A stretch of DNA of 64,000 nt from an uncultured bacterium (lineage in GTDB: Bacteria > Hydrogenedentota > Hydrogenedentia > Hydrogenedentales > CAILVY01), in NCBI GenBank assembly GCA_937951485.1, contig CALEDJ010000015.1, positions 45,311 through 109,310 on the forward strand, written 5' to 3'. The notes below the pieces were generated by a model. It saw only the letters and a program-made list of their open reading frames with translations. It did not search any database and was not told the origin of the DNA. The position numbers were made by a program, and so were the translations under genes. Within the stretch, counting starts at the first letter, position 1. Each line of letters opens with the position of its first letter. Positions 31,134 through 41,581 of the stretch are shown here, piece after piece.

Positions 31134-31870
31134 GGGTCCGAGCGGCAATCGTGGCGGGGCGGATTCCCGTGCTGGAATGTCTGCGGGGCGGGAAACGCGC
31201 CGCGCGGCGCTTGCTCGTGTTGCAGGGTGCTCGCGAACTCGGTGCCATTCTTGACGCTGTGAAAGCAATCCCCGTAGAGGTCTGCCCGCGTGAGACGCTC
31301 GACCGCCTTGCAGGCGGGACGACCCACCAGGGCGTGGTGCTTGAGGCGGACCCCCTGCCCGTGCTGGAATTGGACGCCTGGTTGCGCCGGGAATGGGATG
31401 AAAACGCCGTGGCGGTGGTGCTGGACGGCATCCAAGACCCGCAGAACTTCGGCGGGATTATCCGGTCCGCGGCGGCTTTCGGCGCGGCGGGCGTCCTTTT
31501 CGCCAAAGACCGCGCCGCGCCGCTCTCGCCGGCGGTGGTCAAGGCGGCGGCAGGGGGCGTGGAATACGTGGACCTGGTGCGGGTGGTCAACGTGGCGCGC
31601 GCGCTGCGCGCGATGCAGGACGCCAAGTTCTGGACGGCGGCGTTCGAGGCCGATGCGCCGCAGACGTTGTGGGAGGCCGACCTGTGCGGCAGACTGGCGC
31701 TGGTCATCGGCGGTGAGGGCCGGGGTGTCCGCCGCCTTGTGCGGGAACGGTGCGACATGCTGCTGCGGATTCCCATCGGCGGCCCCATCTCCAGCCTGAA
31801 CGCCTCGGTCAGCACGGCGATCGCGCTGGCCGAGTGTGCGCGGCAGCGTTGGCAAAGCGGCTTGGATTGA
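31130..31870 (+). CDS. rlmB: 23S rRNA (guanosine-2'-O)-methyltransferase RlmB (SpoU/TrmH family)
   Basis: SpoU motifs: VVLDGIQDPQNFGGIIRSAAAFGA, GGEGRGVRRL and IPIGGPISSLNASVSTAIALAE. The GTG start at 31130 overlaps the upstream stop. The track ORF start at 30980 lies inside the upstream gene. Confidence 0.7.
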   Translation: MRVRAAIVAGRIPVLECLRGGKRAARRLLVLQGARELGAILDAVKAIPVEVCPRETLDRLAGGTTHQGVVLEADPLPVLELDAWLRREWDENAVAVVLDGIQDPQNFGGIIRSAAAFGAAGVLFAKDRAAPLSPAVVKAAAGGVEYVDLVRVVNVARALRAMQDAKFWTAAFEADAPQTLWEADLCGRLALVIGGEGRGVRRLVRERCDMLLRIPIGGPISSLNASVSTAIALAECARQRWQSGLD

Positions 31871-31885
31871 AGCGATAATCCCCGC

Positions 31886-33022
31886 ATGCGCATCCTGATT
31901 CCCACAATGGACTATCCGCCCGCGGCGGGCGGCATCGCCAGCGTAACGCTGGAACTTTCGCGGGAACTGGCCGCCATGGGTCATGTGGTGACCATTGTGG
32001 CGCCCCCAGCCCCTGACATGGCCGCGTTTGATCGGGGGGAACCGGCGCACGTCATCCGATTCGCGGGACGCCGGCGCGGGTGCTTCTGCTTCCTTCCTTT
32101 GTGCTGGAAGACCTGGCGGCTCGCGGGGCGGGCGGACCTGATTCTCGCCATCAACGCGACATATGGCGGGATCATCGCGCGCGGCGGGCGCCTCTTGTTC
32201 GGCCCGCCGTACCTTGTGTTCGCCCATGCCGATGAATGCCTCCGGTACAGGCGCGCGCCAGTCGTGCGGACGTTGCTGCGGTCGGTGTATCGCCGCGCGA
32301 ACACCGTCGTCGCCCTCAGTCGGCATGCGCGGCGCAACCTGGAATTGGTCGGCGTGCCTGAACGCGACATTGCGCTGGTCCTGCCCGGCGCACGGCTGCC
32401 GGAACCGCTCCCGGCAGCGGCGATCCATGCTGTCCGGGAGCGGTTCGATATCTGCGACAGCAACATGATCCTCGCCGTTGGCCGTTTCCTCCCCCACAAG
32501 GGCCATCTCACGCTGGTCAAGGCGATGCCGCAGGTGCTGGAGCGTCATCCGAACACGCATCTTGTCATGGCGGGCCAAGGACCCTGCCTGGGAGCGTGTC
32601 TGGACAAGGCGCGGGCGCTGGGCATTGAAGGGCAGGTGCATTGTACCGGCCATGTGGATGACGCGACGCTGGAAGCCCTCTACCAGGCGTGTGATGTATT
32701 TGCCCTGCCCATTGAGGATGCGCAGGAACAGGGGTTGGAACTGGTATTCACCGAAGCCCACGCCCGGGGAAAACCTGTCGTGGCGGGGCGGGTCGCCGGT
32801 GTTCCAGACCTCGTCATTGACGGACAAACCGGGTTCCTCGTGGAACCACAGAACCCGGACGCGCTGGCGGACCACATTGCCGCGATCCTCGATGACCCTC
32901 AACTGGCAAAGCGCCTGGGCGAGGCGGGTCGCCGCCGCATCGAAGAAGAACTCAACTGGCGGGCGTTTGCGGAAAAAGTGATCGCGGCCGCATCGCGGAA
33001 AGGCGGGGCTATCGCGCCGTGA
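31886..33022 (+). CDS. GT4-family (GT-B fold) glycosyltransferase
   Basis: N-terminal [21 protein letters not shown] and the C-terminal [30 protein letters not shown] motif, equivalent to the E-X7-E motif of GT4 enzymes. Confidence 0.8.
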   Translation: MRILIPTMDYPPAAGGIASVTLELSRELAAMGHVVTIVAPPAPDMAAFDRGEPAHVIRFAGRRRGCFCFLPLCWKTWRLAGRADLILAINATYGGIIARGGRLLFGPPYLVFAHADECLRYRRAPVVRTLLRSVYRRANTVVALSRHARRNLELVGVPERDIALVLPGARLPEPLPAAAIHAVRERFDICDSNMILAVGRFLPHKGHLTLVKAMPQVLERHPNTHLVMAGQGPCLGACLDKARALGIEGQVHCTGHVDDATLEALYQACDVFALPIEDAQEQGLELVFTEAHARGKPVVAGRVAGVPDLVIDGQTGFLVEPQNPDALADHIAAILDDPQLAKRLGEAGRRRIEEELNWRAFAEKVIAAASRKGGAIAP

Positions 33023-36000
33023 TCATTCCCGAGTAGGCCTCCTTGGGGCCGCAATCGAAGAGGTAGTTGTCCTCCCTGCCGAACCAGCCGGTGGCGGCGC
33101 GGTAATTGTCCCCCCCGTAAACATTCGTTTTCGGTCCCCAGCCCCATTTCTCGCTGGTGATATGGCCGTCGCACCAGAGCACATTGGCGCGGCCGTTGTG
33201 GCGGAAATGGATGGTGGGGGTGGATAGACCCCATTCAGTGTTTCCTTGCGGGTGGTCGGGCGTGACGAAATACGGCGGCTCGATGAAACTGTACTCGATG
33301 ACGTAGCCGTCCTGCGCCAGCGCGGCATCGGCAAACATCATGGTCTCGGAGGGTTTTCGGACGTGGCTGTCCAGCGTGGTGCGTCGTGCCGATTCCGGCA
33401 GTTCAAATAGATAGGCGGTGCCGCCGATATAGGCCATGTTGTAGCCGTAACCGCCGCCGCCCGACTCAAAAGCGTTGGGCGCTTCGCCCACGCGCTTCAT
33501 TTCGGTGAAGGCGGGGCACTCCTTGACCCGGCCGTCCGGCAGGTACTCGGCGAGCGGGCCGCTGTTGGGGTCGAAGGGGCTGTTGCCGTTGGCCTCCTTG
33601 CGCACGCCGTGCCAGCGGATACGCCCGCCGAAACCGTCGAGGATATCCGGCGCGGCGGGAACGTAAAGCCCCTTGTTTTCCCCGGCGTACATGGTGTTGG
33701 CCAGGAACAACTGGCGCAGGTTGTTGAGGCATTGCACGCGGACGCCCTGCTGCCGTGCGCGCGACAGCGCGGGAAGGAGCAGTGCGGCGAGGATCGCCAC
33801 AATGGCGATCACCACCAGCAGTTCGATGAGGGTGAATCCGCCGGTCGCCTTACTCCGCGTCCGGAGGCCGTCGCGTGCGGCGCGCCGACGGGGGTGCATG
33901 CGTCTCATCCCCGCCGCGCCCAGCAGAAAAACCACCGAGAACAGGCAACGCACGGCGGGAACCGGCACATAATCGGCGATGGACAGGGCCTGTTCACCCA
34001 AGAACACCGTCTTACCGGCGTCGCCGTATGCGGTCAGGTAAAACACATCATCACTGTGCGCGGCCTCGACGGTGATCGAAGCGCGGCCAAAGACGGTGCG
34101 CGCCTGGAATCCTGGAAGCGTATCGTCGGCGTCGCCGGAAACGAAGGTCGCGCCCTCGATGTCGAGCGTGACGAATGATCCGTCGCGCACGATGTTGCCG
34201 TAATAATCGCGGATGACGCTGGACGTCAGCGTCACGGAGACCGGCGCGAAGCCTTCCGGGCGGCTCATGGTCCACGCGACCGGCGATTCCGGCGGGCCGG
34301 GCAGGAAGCGATACGTCAACTCGCCGTATGCGGAACCGGTGACCGACACCGCGGCAAAGACGGCTGTGCCGGATCGCGTTGACTGCGCCGCAAAGACAAT
34401 CCGCCCATCCTGGGCGGCAACCTGGACGCCCGGCGCGCCGGGGTCCGCGTCCGGCGTTGCAATGTGTCCCAGTGTCGTGTGCACGGTAAACAGCGCGCCG
34501 TCGGTCACGGGCATGGCCGCGTGATCAAGAATAATGTCGCTCTCGACAACGACCGACGGGAACACATCCACCGGGGCTTCCTCCGGCGGGGTGGCGTGCA
34601 GGAGGATGTCGCCCTGCGGGCCAAAGGGATTCCCCGTGTCGCCTGCCCCGGCAGTGGACGCCAGAATGAAAAGCCCGGGCGCGTCGGACCGGAACGTAAC
34701 CAAATTGGCGGTGTCGTTCACGCTGATTTGCGTAATGCCCTGCAGGGTCCAGCCGCTTCCCGTGTGCCGCCACGGTTGCAGTCCCGCTTCGTCCAGCCCC
34801 GCGATTTCCGCCGACGTGTATCGGATGGTGATTTCCATGGGCTGAATCTGCGCCGCGCTGAAACTCGATTCGCTGCAAAGAATCCCCCGGACGGTCCCGC
34901 TCTTGATGAGGTCGGGGTTGGGCAACGGTGTGACAGGCGCCACGGGCGCGACGATGTCCAGCGTGGCATTGCGCGGCAAGCCGGGGTCCCTGTCGCCGCT
35001 CGAATAGAAGCGCAGGCGCGTGCCACGATCATCCTCGACCGTGCCCAGCAGCGTTCCTGCCGGGCTGCCGCCGAATTCCGCCGGAATCGCGAGCGCGACG
35101 ACCGTGCTCTCGCGCCGGAGCGGGTCCGTGCCCGCGACGCGGATTTCGTAATCATCCAGAATGCCGTCGCCGTCGGTGTCCACATCGCGCGCGATCGCCG
35201 CGACCGCGTTGATTTCCGGCGATACCGTACCCAAGGCGCCCGATTCTTTGTGAATGAATGACGTGAACCGGATACAGGAAAACTGCGTCAGGTTGGCGGG
35301 ATTGCCGGCGGCGTCCACCGCCCAGGCGATATCGAAGGCATCGCCGCCGCCCGAGCGCGGCGTCAGCCCCACGGTAAACGGATCGTCCGGGCGCATGTAA
35401 TTATCGAGGTATTCCGGCAGCGCGGGCGACATGTCGCCGTAGCCCCAATTGAATTCCTCGTGATCGTTCGCGGGGTTGGCGTCGAAGAGGTTGGGGTTGG
35501 TGACGACGCCGGAGAGAATATACGGATCGTCCGTGCTGTTGCCTTGGCCGGCCGGTTCGGTGAGCCACGGGAAGGGATCATAGGCGAAATTGCGGCTGCC
35601 GGGAATCAGATACCACGGGCCATCGGGGTGATTGCTGATTTCGATAAGTGCCGGTTCCTGCCATTTCCGCCGGGGATTGCCGCCGACCCAGAAGGCGTTC
35701 CCATAGACGATGAAATCCAGGCCCATCGGATTGTCGGGGTGGTCCAGCACCGGCGTATTGAATTTCAGGGTCAGCGTGCCGCCCTGACCGCCGAGCGACA
35801 CCACCGACGCATTGTCCGGCGCGATGACGCCCCCACCGCTGGGCTTGCCCAGCGCCTTTGCCGGATCGGAGAACGGCCCCGTGGGCGGGTTCGGCCCCTG
35901 CTGAAAATGGACCACCTCGTCCGCCCAGGGATCGTCCGCATGGGAGACGCCGGCGGCAATGGCCAGCAGCACAAGGCACGCCGCAAGCGGCCCGAATGCG

Positions 36001-36047
36001 GCGTTTGCCAGGAAGCCCGAAAAGGGGGTTCCGGGCGAATCAATCAC
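33009..36047 (-). CDS. Long composite ORF with no stop between two modules. The N-terminal roughly 700 aa is a secreted protein with a signal peptide and a PEP-CTERM-like tail (VPVP, TM segment, RRMHPRRR). The C-terminal 299 aa is a prepilin-type N-terminal cleavage/methylation H-X9-DG (DUF1559) pilin-like protein
   Basis: Signal peptide [23 protein letters not shown] from a probable GTG start near 36047. An Asp-rich calcium-binding-like loop ([12 protein letters not shown]). The tail is ..[45 protein letters not shown], then [25 protein letters not shown] (class III signal), then [16 protein letters not shown] (H-X9-DG). An internal ATG at 33908 or 33899 would start the pilin-like module as a separate gene. 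Confidence 0.5.
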   Translation of the reverse strand: MIDSPGTPFSGFLANAAFGPLAACLVLLAIAAGVSHADDPWADEVVHFQQGPNPPTGPFSDPAKALGKPSGGGVIAPDNASVVSLGGQGGTLTLKFNTPVLDHPDNPMGLDFIVYGNAFWVGGNPRRKWQEPALIEISNHPDGPWYLIPGSRNFAYDPFPWLTEPAGQGNSTDDPYILSGVVTNPNLFDANPANDHEEFNWGYGDMSPALPEYLDNYMRPDDPFTVGLTPRSGGGDAFDIAWAVDAAGNPANLTQFSCIRFTSFIHKESGALGTVSPEINAVAAIARDVDTDGDGILDDYEIRVAGTDPLRRESTVVALAIPAEFGGSPAGTLLGTVEDDRGTRLRFYSSGDRDPGLPRNATLDIVAPVAPVTPLPNPDLIKSGTVRGILCSESSFSAAQIQPMEITIRYTSAEIAGLDEAGLQPWRHTGSGWTLQGITQISVNDTANLVTFRSDAPGLFILASTAGAGDTGNPFGPQGDILLHATPPEEAPVDVFPSVVVESDIILDHAAMPVTDGALFTVHTTLGHIATPDADPGAPGVQVAAQDGRIVFAAQSTRSGTAVFAAVSVTGSAYGELTYRFLPGPPESPVAWTMSRPEGFAPVSVTLTSSVIRDYYGNIVRDGSFVTLDIEGATFVSGDADDTLPGFQARTVFGRASITVEAAHSDDVFYLTAYGDAGKTVFLGEQALSIADYVPVPAVRCLFSVVFLLGAAGMRRMHPRRRAARDGLRTRSKATGGFTLIELLVVIAIVAILAALLLPALSRARQQGVRVQCLNNLRQLFLANTMYAGENKGLYVPAAPDILDGFGGRIRWHGVRKEANGNSPFDPNSGPLAEYLPDGRVKECPAFTEMKRVGEAPNAFESGGGGYGYNMAYIGGTAYLFELPESARRTTLDSHVRKPSETMMFADAALAQDGYVIEYSFIEPPYFVTPDHPQGNTEWGLSTPTIHFRHNGRANVLWCDGHITSEKWGWGPKTNVYGGDNYRAATGWFGREDNYLFDCGPKEAYSGMITAR

Positions 36048-36695
36048 GAAAATCTCATTCGAGACTTTCGTGATTGGGTCTTTTTCCGGGCGGCGTGCCG
36101 CCCGGGCGTCCAGGCAAGCCTGGACGCATGAAAGCGGTGGCAAGCCGGCGCAGTGCAAAAAAGCGTTACCCCCTCGTGACACCGCTCCCGCGCTGTCACA
36201 TAACAGCGAAGAAAAACACGGAACCTGACACAGGAAAATGCGAATGTTTCTGATCATCGTGCGCATAAACGCCGCCCTCGGGCGTTTTTGGGCGCACCCG
36301 GCAACAGGGAGCAGCGGCGGGAATCATCAGGCGATCATCGCAATGTCAATGATGCATGATCTTTGCCGCCGCCTTCCCACGAAGGCGCGCGCCACCTCGA
36401 GTTACACACTGACGGCACGACACGCGCCGCCCCCATCGGCAGGTCTTCGGACTTGCGGGCACACCGCGCGATCGCGTCTCTCGACGCGCCGCCCGGCACT
36501 CTACTGGACGCCGCTTCCCAGCCTCCGGGGTGGAGGCCAGTGCTTCGTGGCGCCGTTCGTTCCCGCTTACCGCTGCGGGGCAGTTCCGGACTTCCACCGG
36601 ATTCCCTCTTAGCCGGAAACGCCAGGCATGCGTTCCCGGGCCGATAGTGATTTCAGTATAGGCCATCGCGAGTGAAAAAGCAATCGCTGCCGGAT

Positions 36696-37241
36696 TCACT
36701 TGGGCTGATACCTGAACTTCTGCGCTCCGATGGTGGCCTGGGCCATCAGCCCGGATTCATCCATGACGAACACCATGACACCCTCGGCGTATTTGGCGGC
36801 GGCGGTGACCCCGGACCTGTTTGCCACGGCAGAGGTGACTGCATCGAAAGCAAGGGTGCCGCTTTTGAGGCGATCAATCGCGTCCTTTGTTTCGAAGCAG
36901 ATGATCATGGTGTAGGCCTGTCCGCCGATTTGCCCTCCAAATGTCACCTGGGTTACGTCGCAATATCCCACAATCGCGCCCAATTCATAAAGCACGCCCC
37001 TGCCATAGGTGCCGCCGGCAATCATGCCCCCCTTGCCAACCCTGGGAAACACGGCGTAACCCCGGGCGTCACGGAGTATCGCGTCAATGCCCGGCGCTTT
37101 GAATTCGGCGAACGACAACACATCCTGCGCTGCTCTTTCGAGGCGTTCCTTGCCGGCCCGGGTATCGGGCGCCGTCGCGCACGCCGTCAACATGATTGCG
37201 AGCATCGCCGGAGCGACAACTGAAATGAACCGTCGGTGCAT
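36696..37241 (-). CDS. Lipoprotein with Ysc84/SYLF-like (DUF500) lipid-binding domain
   Basis: Lipobox LTAC after the signal peptide MHRRFISVVAPAMLAIM. Gly-rich GGMIAGGTYGRGVL...FGGQIGGQAY pattern typical of SYLF domains. AGGAAG RBS. Confidence 0.55.
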   Translation of the reverse strand: MHRRFISVVAPAMLAIMLTACATAPDTRAGKERLERAAQDVLSFAEFKAPGIDAILRDARGYAVFPRVGKGGMIAGGTYGRGVLYELGAIVGYCDVTQVTFGGQIGGQAYTMIICFETKDAIDRLKSGTLAFDAVTSAVANRSGVTAAAKYAEGVMVFVMDESGLMAQATIGAQKFRYQPK

Positions 37242-37431
37242 CGTCACTTCCTTTCGGTTTCAGGATGTTCATCATGGTCGTCTGGAAACAACTTTCGTCA
37301 ACATTTTATAACCGGATCGTGATTCCGACGCAAAGGCCTGATAGCGGCATTTCCAGATGCTCATGATACAACAAAAGAAACGAATGTCAAACAGCCATAA
37401 TTCCGTACAAACACTTTGGAGATACCGCGAA

Positions 37432-39291
37432 TCACGTCGTACCGTCATTTGGGATTCGTGAATACCGTTTCAGAAGGCGCACCGCGCCGGTTATTGCGAC
37501 GATAACGGCAAGACATAACAAGGCACACAGCCCACCTGCCGGGATTGCCTCGACCACAGAGAGCAGGGTGTGGTCTGTCTGGATCACAGAGAATGCGTCG
37601 CTGATAACACAGAAGTAAATACCGGTATCGGTGTAATCCAGTTCTTCGATGGTAAAGACGGGCGCGTTGGGACCGACTGGGATTGCAATTTTCGCCGGAT
37701 CTTCCTTGAACCATTCGTACTGGGGCGGACCGGCAGCGCCCGCGACCTCAACCATGAAGGTATGCGAAGAACCGGCTTCCGCATAAATCACGGGAGGCGG
37801 CTGACGGACAATGTGCAGATCGCCCCGGATGATCGCCACGGTATGCGAGTCGTCGGGGGCCATTACATTGCCGACAAGGTCCACCGCGTCGGACACTGTT
37901 ACAGTGGCGATGCCTTCGTCCGCGGCTTCAACAGGGCGGTCGATCGAGACCTCATAGGCGCGGTCGTTCACCCAGAGACCGTCGCCCCCTCCGTCGGTCG
38001 GGCTTGCGGTGATGACATGGCCCGCCCTGGCGGTGACGGCGACTGTCGGAAACTTCGTTTCATTCATGTCCTTGCTGAAGACCAGCGTCATGCGCGGGCG
38101 CGATCCCAGCGGCGCCGCCGCATGGTCAACATCAAACGAGACCAACACCGGCGGTACGGCATCAATGACATAGATTTCACTGGTGAAATTGCCATTGCCG
38201 GAGCCGGGGCCGCCGAGCATGTTCTGATTATAACTGCGGTCGCGAATGGAATCGTTGTCTTCCAGTTTTACGGCAAGGGTCCCGGCGCCTGTGACGTTGT
38301 GAACGCCAATTTCGTACTCCCTGTTCGTGATGCGCCGCACCGCCACCGGCGAGGAAAAAGAGACTTCGCCCACCGTCTTGACGGCAAAATCCCCCGCGTC
38401 CACGCCGGTCACCCCTTCGCTGAAACGCGCGATGAAACGCACCGTGCCGGCGGGGGCGGGGCTGGGATCGGACCGCTGAATCGAAACCACCAGGGGCGGT
38501 TTCCGGTCCCCCCACAGCACGGCGTTGATATACAGGCGCTGCACATGAACGTTGGACAATGTGGACGCGCCCGCCGTGTTGCCGGTGTGATGAAAGGAGA
38601 CAACCCGGCCCGCACCGAATTCCCGCACCGCCACCGCGTGGTTGCCCCAGCCGTCGGTCATCAGCGGAACAGCCGGCCAAGGGTCGAAGGACAGTATCAA
38701 GCCTTCCTTGCGTCCGCTGCGAAATACGAATGCATCCGGCAAATTGCGCAGCACAGGGTGGTCGGCCTGGTCTGGAATTTTTGTGACGGTTATATCGGTA
38801 ACGCCCCAACCGCGCATCCTGTCAATGACGGTCAGGTCCCACATCGCCGAAGACAGACCCCCGAATTGCGGCGGAATCGCCATTTGCGCCGCATTGTTTT
38901 CAGACCCTACATATGCGCCGCCCTCATCGCGCACATATTGCACCAACCGCGTCACCGCGGAAACAGGCAGGATATAGGAATTCGGTCCGCCGCCATTCAG
39001 ATGCACCACAGCGTCGAAACTGTCGGGCATGGGGTTGAAACCCGTCCAGCGGCCCTGTGTGTTGGCGCTGTAGGTCACCGAAATGCCGGCGTTCGTCATC
39101 GCACGGACCAGCGCTTTGGTATTGGCATTCAGCATGTCTGGGACCGGTGTTCCCTCGTCGTCGTCCCAGAGCAACAGCACATTCGGTCCGGCAATGGCGG
39201 CGTTCGCCACACACACTGTCAACAGCAGAAACAGAGCATAACGGCGTGGTCTGGCAGATGGTATCATCGGAAGGATTCGCAACGGCATCAT
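37432..39291 (-). CDS. Secreted protein: ThuA-like (class I glutamine-amidotransferase-like) domain, Ig-like domains and a C-terminal TM anchor
   Basis: Signal peptide RRYALFLLLTVCVANAAIA. ThuA-like region (VVHLNGGG...GRVVSFHHTGN...LYINAVLWG). C-terminal AGGLCALLCLAVIVAITGAVRLLKRYSR. The start overlaps the upstream sulfatase-like stop (ATGA). Confidence 0.55.
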   Translation of the reverse strand: MMPLRILPMIPSARPRRYALFLLLTVCVANAAIAGPNVLLLWDDDEGTPVPDMLNANTKALVRAMTNAGISVTYSANTQGRWTGFNPMPDSFDAVVHLNGGGPNSYILPVSAVTRLVQYVRDEGGAYVGSENNAAQMAIPPQFGGLSSAMWDLTVIDRMRGWGVTDITVTKIPDQADHPVLRNLPDAFVFRSGRKEGLILSFDPWPAVPLMTDGWGNHAVAVREFGAGRVVSFHHTGNTAGASTLSNVHVQRLYINAVLWGDRKPPLVVSIQRSDPSPAPAGTVRFIARFSEGVTGVDAGDFAVKTVGEVSFSSPVAVRRITNREYEIGVHNVTGAGTLAVKLEDNDSIRDRSYNQNMLGGPGSGNGNFTSEIYVIDAVPPVLVSFDVDHAAAPLGSRPRMTLVFSKDMNETKFPTVAVTARAGHVITASPTDGGGDGLWVNDRAYEVSIDRPVEAADEGIATVTVSDAVDLVGNVMAPDDSHTVAIIRGDLHIVRQPPPVIYAEAGSSHTFMVEVAGAAGPPQYEWFKEDPAKIAIPVGPNAPVFTIEELDYTDTGIYFCVISDAFSVIQTDHTLLSVVEAIPAGGLCALLCLAVIVAITGAVRLLKRYSRIPNDGTT

Positions 39292-41162
39292 TCGACATAT
39301 CCCAGGGCGCGCAATTGCTCGAAACGGGCATTGATATCTTCGTCGGAGGGCGCTTCGGGGATTTCTTCTCCTTGCTCGAATCGGATAAGCCGGAATCCGT
39401 TCATGACGGCCCAGTGGTTATCGGTGCCGGGTTTCAGCGTGATTTCAAAAATACCGTCGTCGGTTTCATAAATGCCGGCATCCACAAAAAGATATGTGTG
39501 ATGGCCCACGGCACAATCATCTTTTTTGACAAGCGAAAAGTCCTCGTCGCCGCGCAGACGCACTGCAAACGCGGAAGCAGGATGATCGAGATAATCGCTC
39601 ATACAAAACATTCTGATTTGGACGCGATAGCGAGCCGGAGGCACCTCATAGCGGAAAGTCAGCGGCGGGGGGGTCTCCAGCCAGGCGCGGGTCCATAAAC
39701 GCCGCCAATCGGTGTCGTATGCCCACTTATCATCACGCAGGTAGTTGTTGAAATCGGCGTTTCGATGGATTGCCAGCGCTTCCTGGGGAAACGCATTGGT
39801 GGCAATGGTGTCATGAATAAACAAAACCACGACGCGTTCCGGGAGCGCGCGATAGGCCTCCCATTTCGGCAGAATCTCCCGTTCGACATATCTTTTCAAC
39901 GTTGCGGCTGCGTCCGGATATTCTTGAATAACGTTAGGGCGTGTCGGAAATACATCCGGCACAGGCCACAAGTATTCGCGTTCATTATGCATATCCCATT
40001 CGTATTTGAAATCCCTGCTCCGGAGAATCAGGCCGGGCTTGCCGTCGTAACCGCCCGCGACATACTTTGATAAGGCATACGGCCGACCTTCAGATTTCCC
40101 TTCCTGGCGCAACAGCGGTAAGATGCTCCTCCCGTCAAAGGCCGCGTTCGTTTCAAGATGCAGCAGGTCCACCAGTGTGGGCACAATATCCACATTCTCT
40201 GTGATATCGTTGACTACCCTGCCCGGGGGAACGCCCGGCCCGGCGAGGATGAAAGGCACACGCATCAGCAGGTCATAACTGGCGGGGACATGTCCCCATC
40301 GGATGCCGTCTTCGCCCAGAAGGTCTCCGTGGTCCGACCCGATAACGATGACGGCGTCATCGAACAGGCCCAGCGTCTCCAGTTTCCAGAACAACAAGCC
40401 TAACTGATGGTCGCTGTAGAGAATGCTTCCGTCATACAGCCCCTCCAGGTGCCGCCGCTCTTCCGGCGAAAAGCGACATTCGTACTTCGACACAGGCGTG
40501 CCATTCTGGATTTGTTCCGAAGTGAAGTCCGGGTCAATCCACAGGTCATAGGGCGCGTCCAGAATATGCGGAAAATGGGTGTCAAGGGTATGAATATAAA
40601 GGAAAAAAGGTTGCCGGGGGGTATTCGTCAGCCATTGAAATATGCGCCGGTTCAGCGTGGCGAAACTGGCGTAATATGCGCGATCGCGTTCATCAGGGCG
40701 CTCGAAAATCGCTTCGTCAAACGCCTGCCACAATCGGCTGCGCGGCGTGAACCACGGATGCGATGTGATCATGGCCGTGTGATAGCCGTTCGCACGGAAT
40801 ATCTCCGGAGCGAGCAACTCGTCCGGTGGACATTTCCGCGCCACCTCGGTGCCTTCCACCGATTCATGCACCATTACGGGGAAGTATCTGCCGGTCATGT
40901 ACGACGGCACGGAGACGGTCGTCCACAATCCCTGCGTGAAATGATGCGCCGCGCGCACACCCCTCGCCGCCAGGGCGTCCATGTTCGGCGAGGTGCGCCG
41001 CGCATACCCGTGGCACGAGAGGCTGTCCGCGCGAAGCGCGTCCAGCACGATCCAGATGACATTCGGTCGTTTGTCTCCGGCATCCGGCGTTCCTTGCGCC
41101 CGGGCCGCAAGGCTCCCGCAGAACACGGAAAAGAGAACTATCGCCACCATAAACTGTCGCAT
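39288..41162 (-). CDS. Sulfatase-like hydrolase/transferase (alkaline-phosphatase superfamily), secreted
   Basis: Signal peptide MRQFMVAIVLFSVFCGSLAARAQG. The N-terminal metal-binding block NVIWIVLDALRADSL is followed by a degenerate signature TVSVPSYMTGR in place of C-x-P-x-R, so it may not be a true formylglycine sulfatase. AAGGAG RBS before the ATG at 41162. Confidence 0.7.
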   Translation of the reverse strand: MRQFMVAIVLFSVFCGSLAARAQGTPDAGDKRPNVIWIVLDALRADSLSCHGYARRTSPNMDALAARGVRAAHHFTQGLWTTVSVPSYMTGRYFPVMVHESVEGTEVARKCPPDELLAPEIFRANGYHTAMITSHPWFTPRSRLWQAFDEAIFERPDERDRAYYASFATLNRRIFQWLTNTPRQPFFLYIHTLDTHFPHILDAPYDLWIDPDFTSEQIQNGTPVSKYECRFSPEERRHLEGLYDGSILYSDHQLGLLFWKLETLGLFDDAVIVIGSDHGDLLGEDGIRWGHVPASYDLLMRVPFILAGPGVPPGRVVNDITENVDIVPTLVDLLHLETNAAFDGRSILPLLRQEGKSEGRPYALSKYVAGGYDGKPGLILRSRDFKYEWDMHNEREYLWPVPDVFPTRPNVIQEYPDAAATLKRYVEREILPKWEAYRALPERVVVLFIHDTIATNAFPQEALAIHRNADFNNYLRDDKWAYDTDWRRLWTRAWLETPPPLTFRYEVPPARYRVQIRMFCMSDYLDHPASAFAVRLRGDEDFSLVKKDDCAVGHHTYLFVDAGIYETDDGIFEITLKPGTDNHWAVMNGFRLIRFEQGEEIPEAPSDEDINARFEQLRALGYVE

Positions 41163-41330
41163 CCGGCATACTCCTTGCCCGGCCAATGACATACATCCGC
41201 GAAACACTCGTGAAACATCATGCTTCAACGCTCTTTATACAATAATTCGCCACGGATTTCATGCTTTCGACGGTCTCGCGGAGGAGGAAAGTGCCAGAGG
41301 AACGGCGCCTGCGCAACAGGAAGAAGAAAC

Positions 41331-41407
41331 TGGCGCGCCTGGTGCGACTCGAACGCACTACCTACGGCTTAGAAGGCCGTTGCTCTATCCGGATGAGCTA
41401 CAGGCGC
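41331..41407 (-). tRNA. tRNA-Arg (anticodon TCT) with encoded CCA
   Basis: Reverse complement folds as GCGCCTG-TA-GCTC-ATCCGGATA-GAGC-A-ACGGC-CTTCTAA-GCCGT-AGGTA-GTGCG-TTCGAGT-CGCAC-CAGGCGC-G-CCA. All four stems are perfect, with a 7-nt anticodon loop and a TTCGAGT T-loop. Confidence 0.85.
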
Positions 41408-41581
41408 GCATGCCGGCCGTTGCGGCCCTTCATCGCACTGCACGACTATGTGCGCAACACATTATCCCACAATCCACATGGACCTGTCTATCAGCAATCA
41501 CCGATAGTGGCAATTGAGCGGGGTGCGTAGTAGAATCGGCACAGTTCATAAGATTTATGCAGAACTTTACACGATGCCCCG

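Noticed and set aside
36048-36266. N-terminal extension [18 protein letters not shown]... of the long minus-strand ORF
   Set aside because: It is Cys- and Ala-rich low-complexity translation that covers two perfect DNA hairpins and precedes a clear signal peptide. It is more likely a 5' leader, with the real start near 36047.
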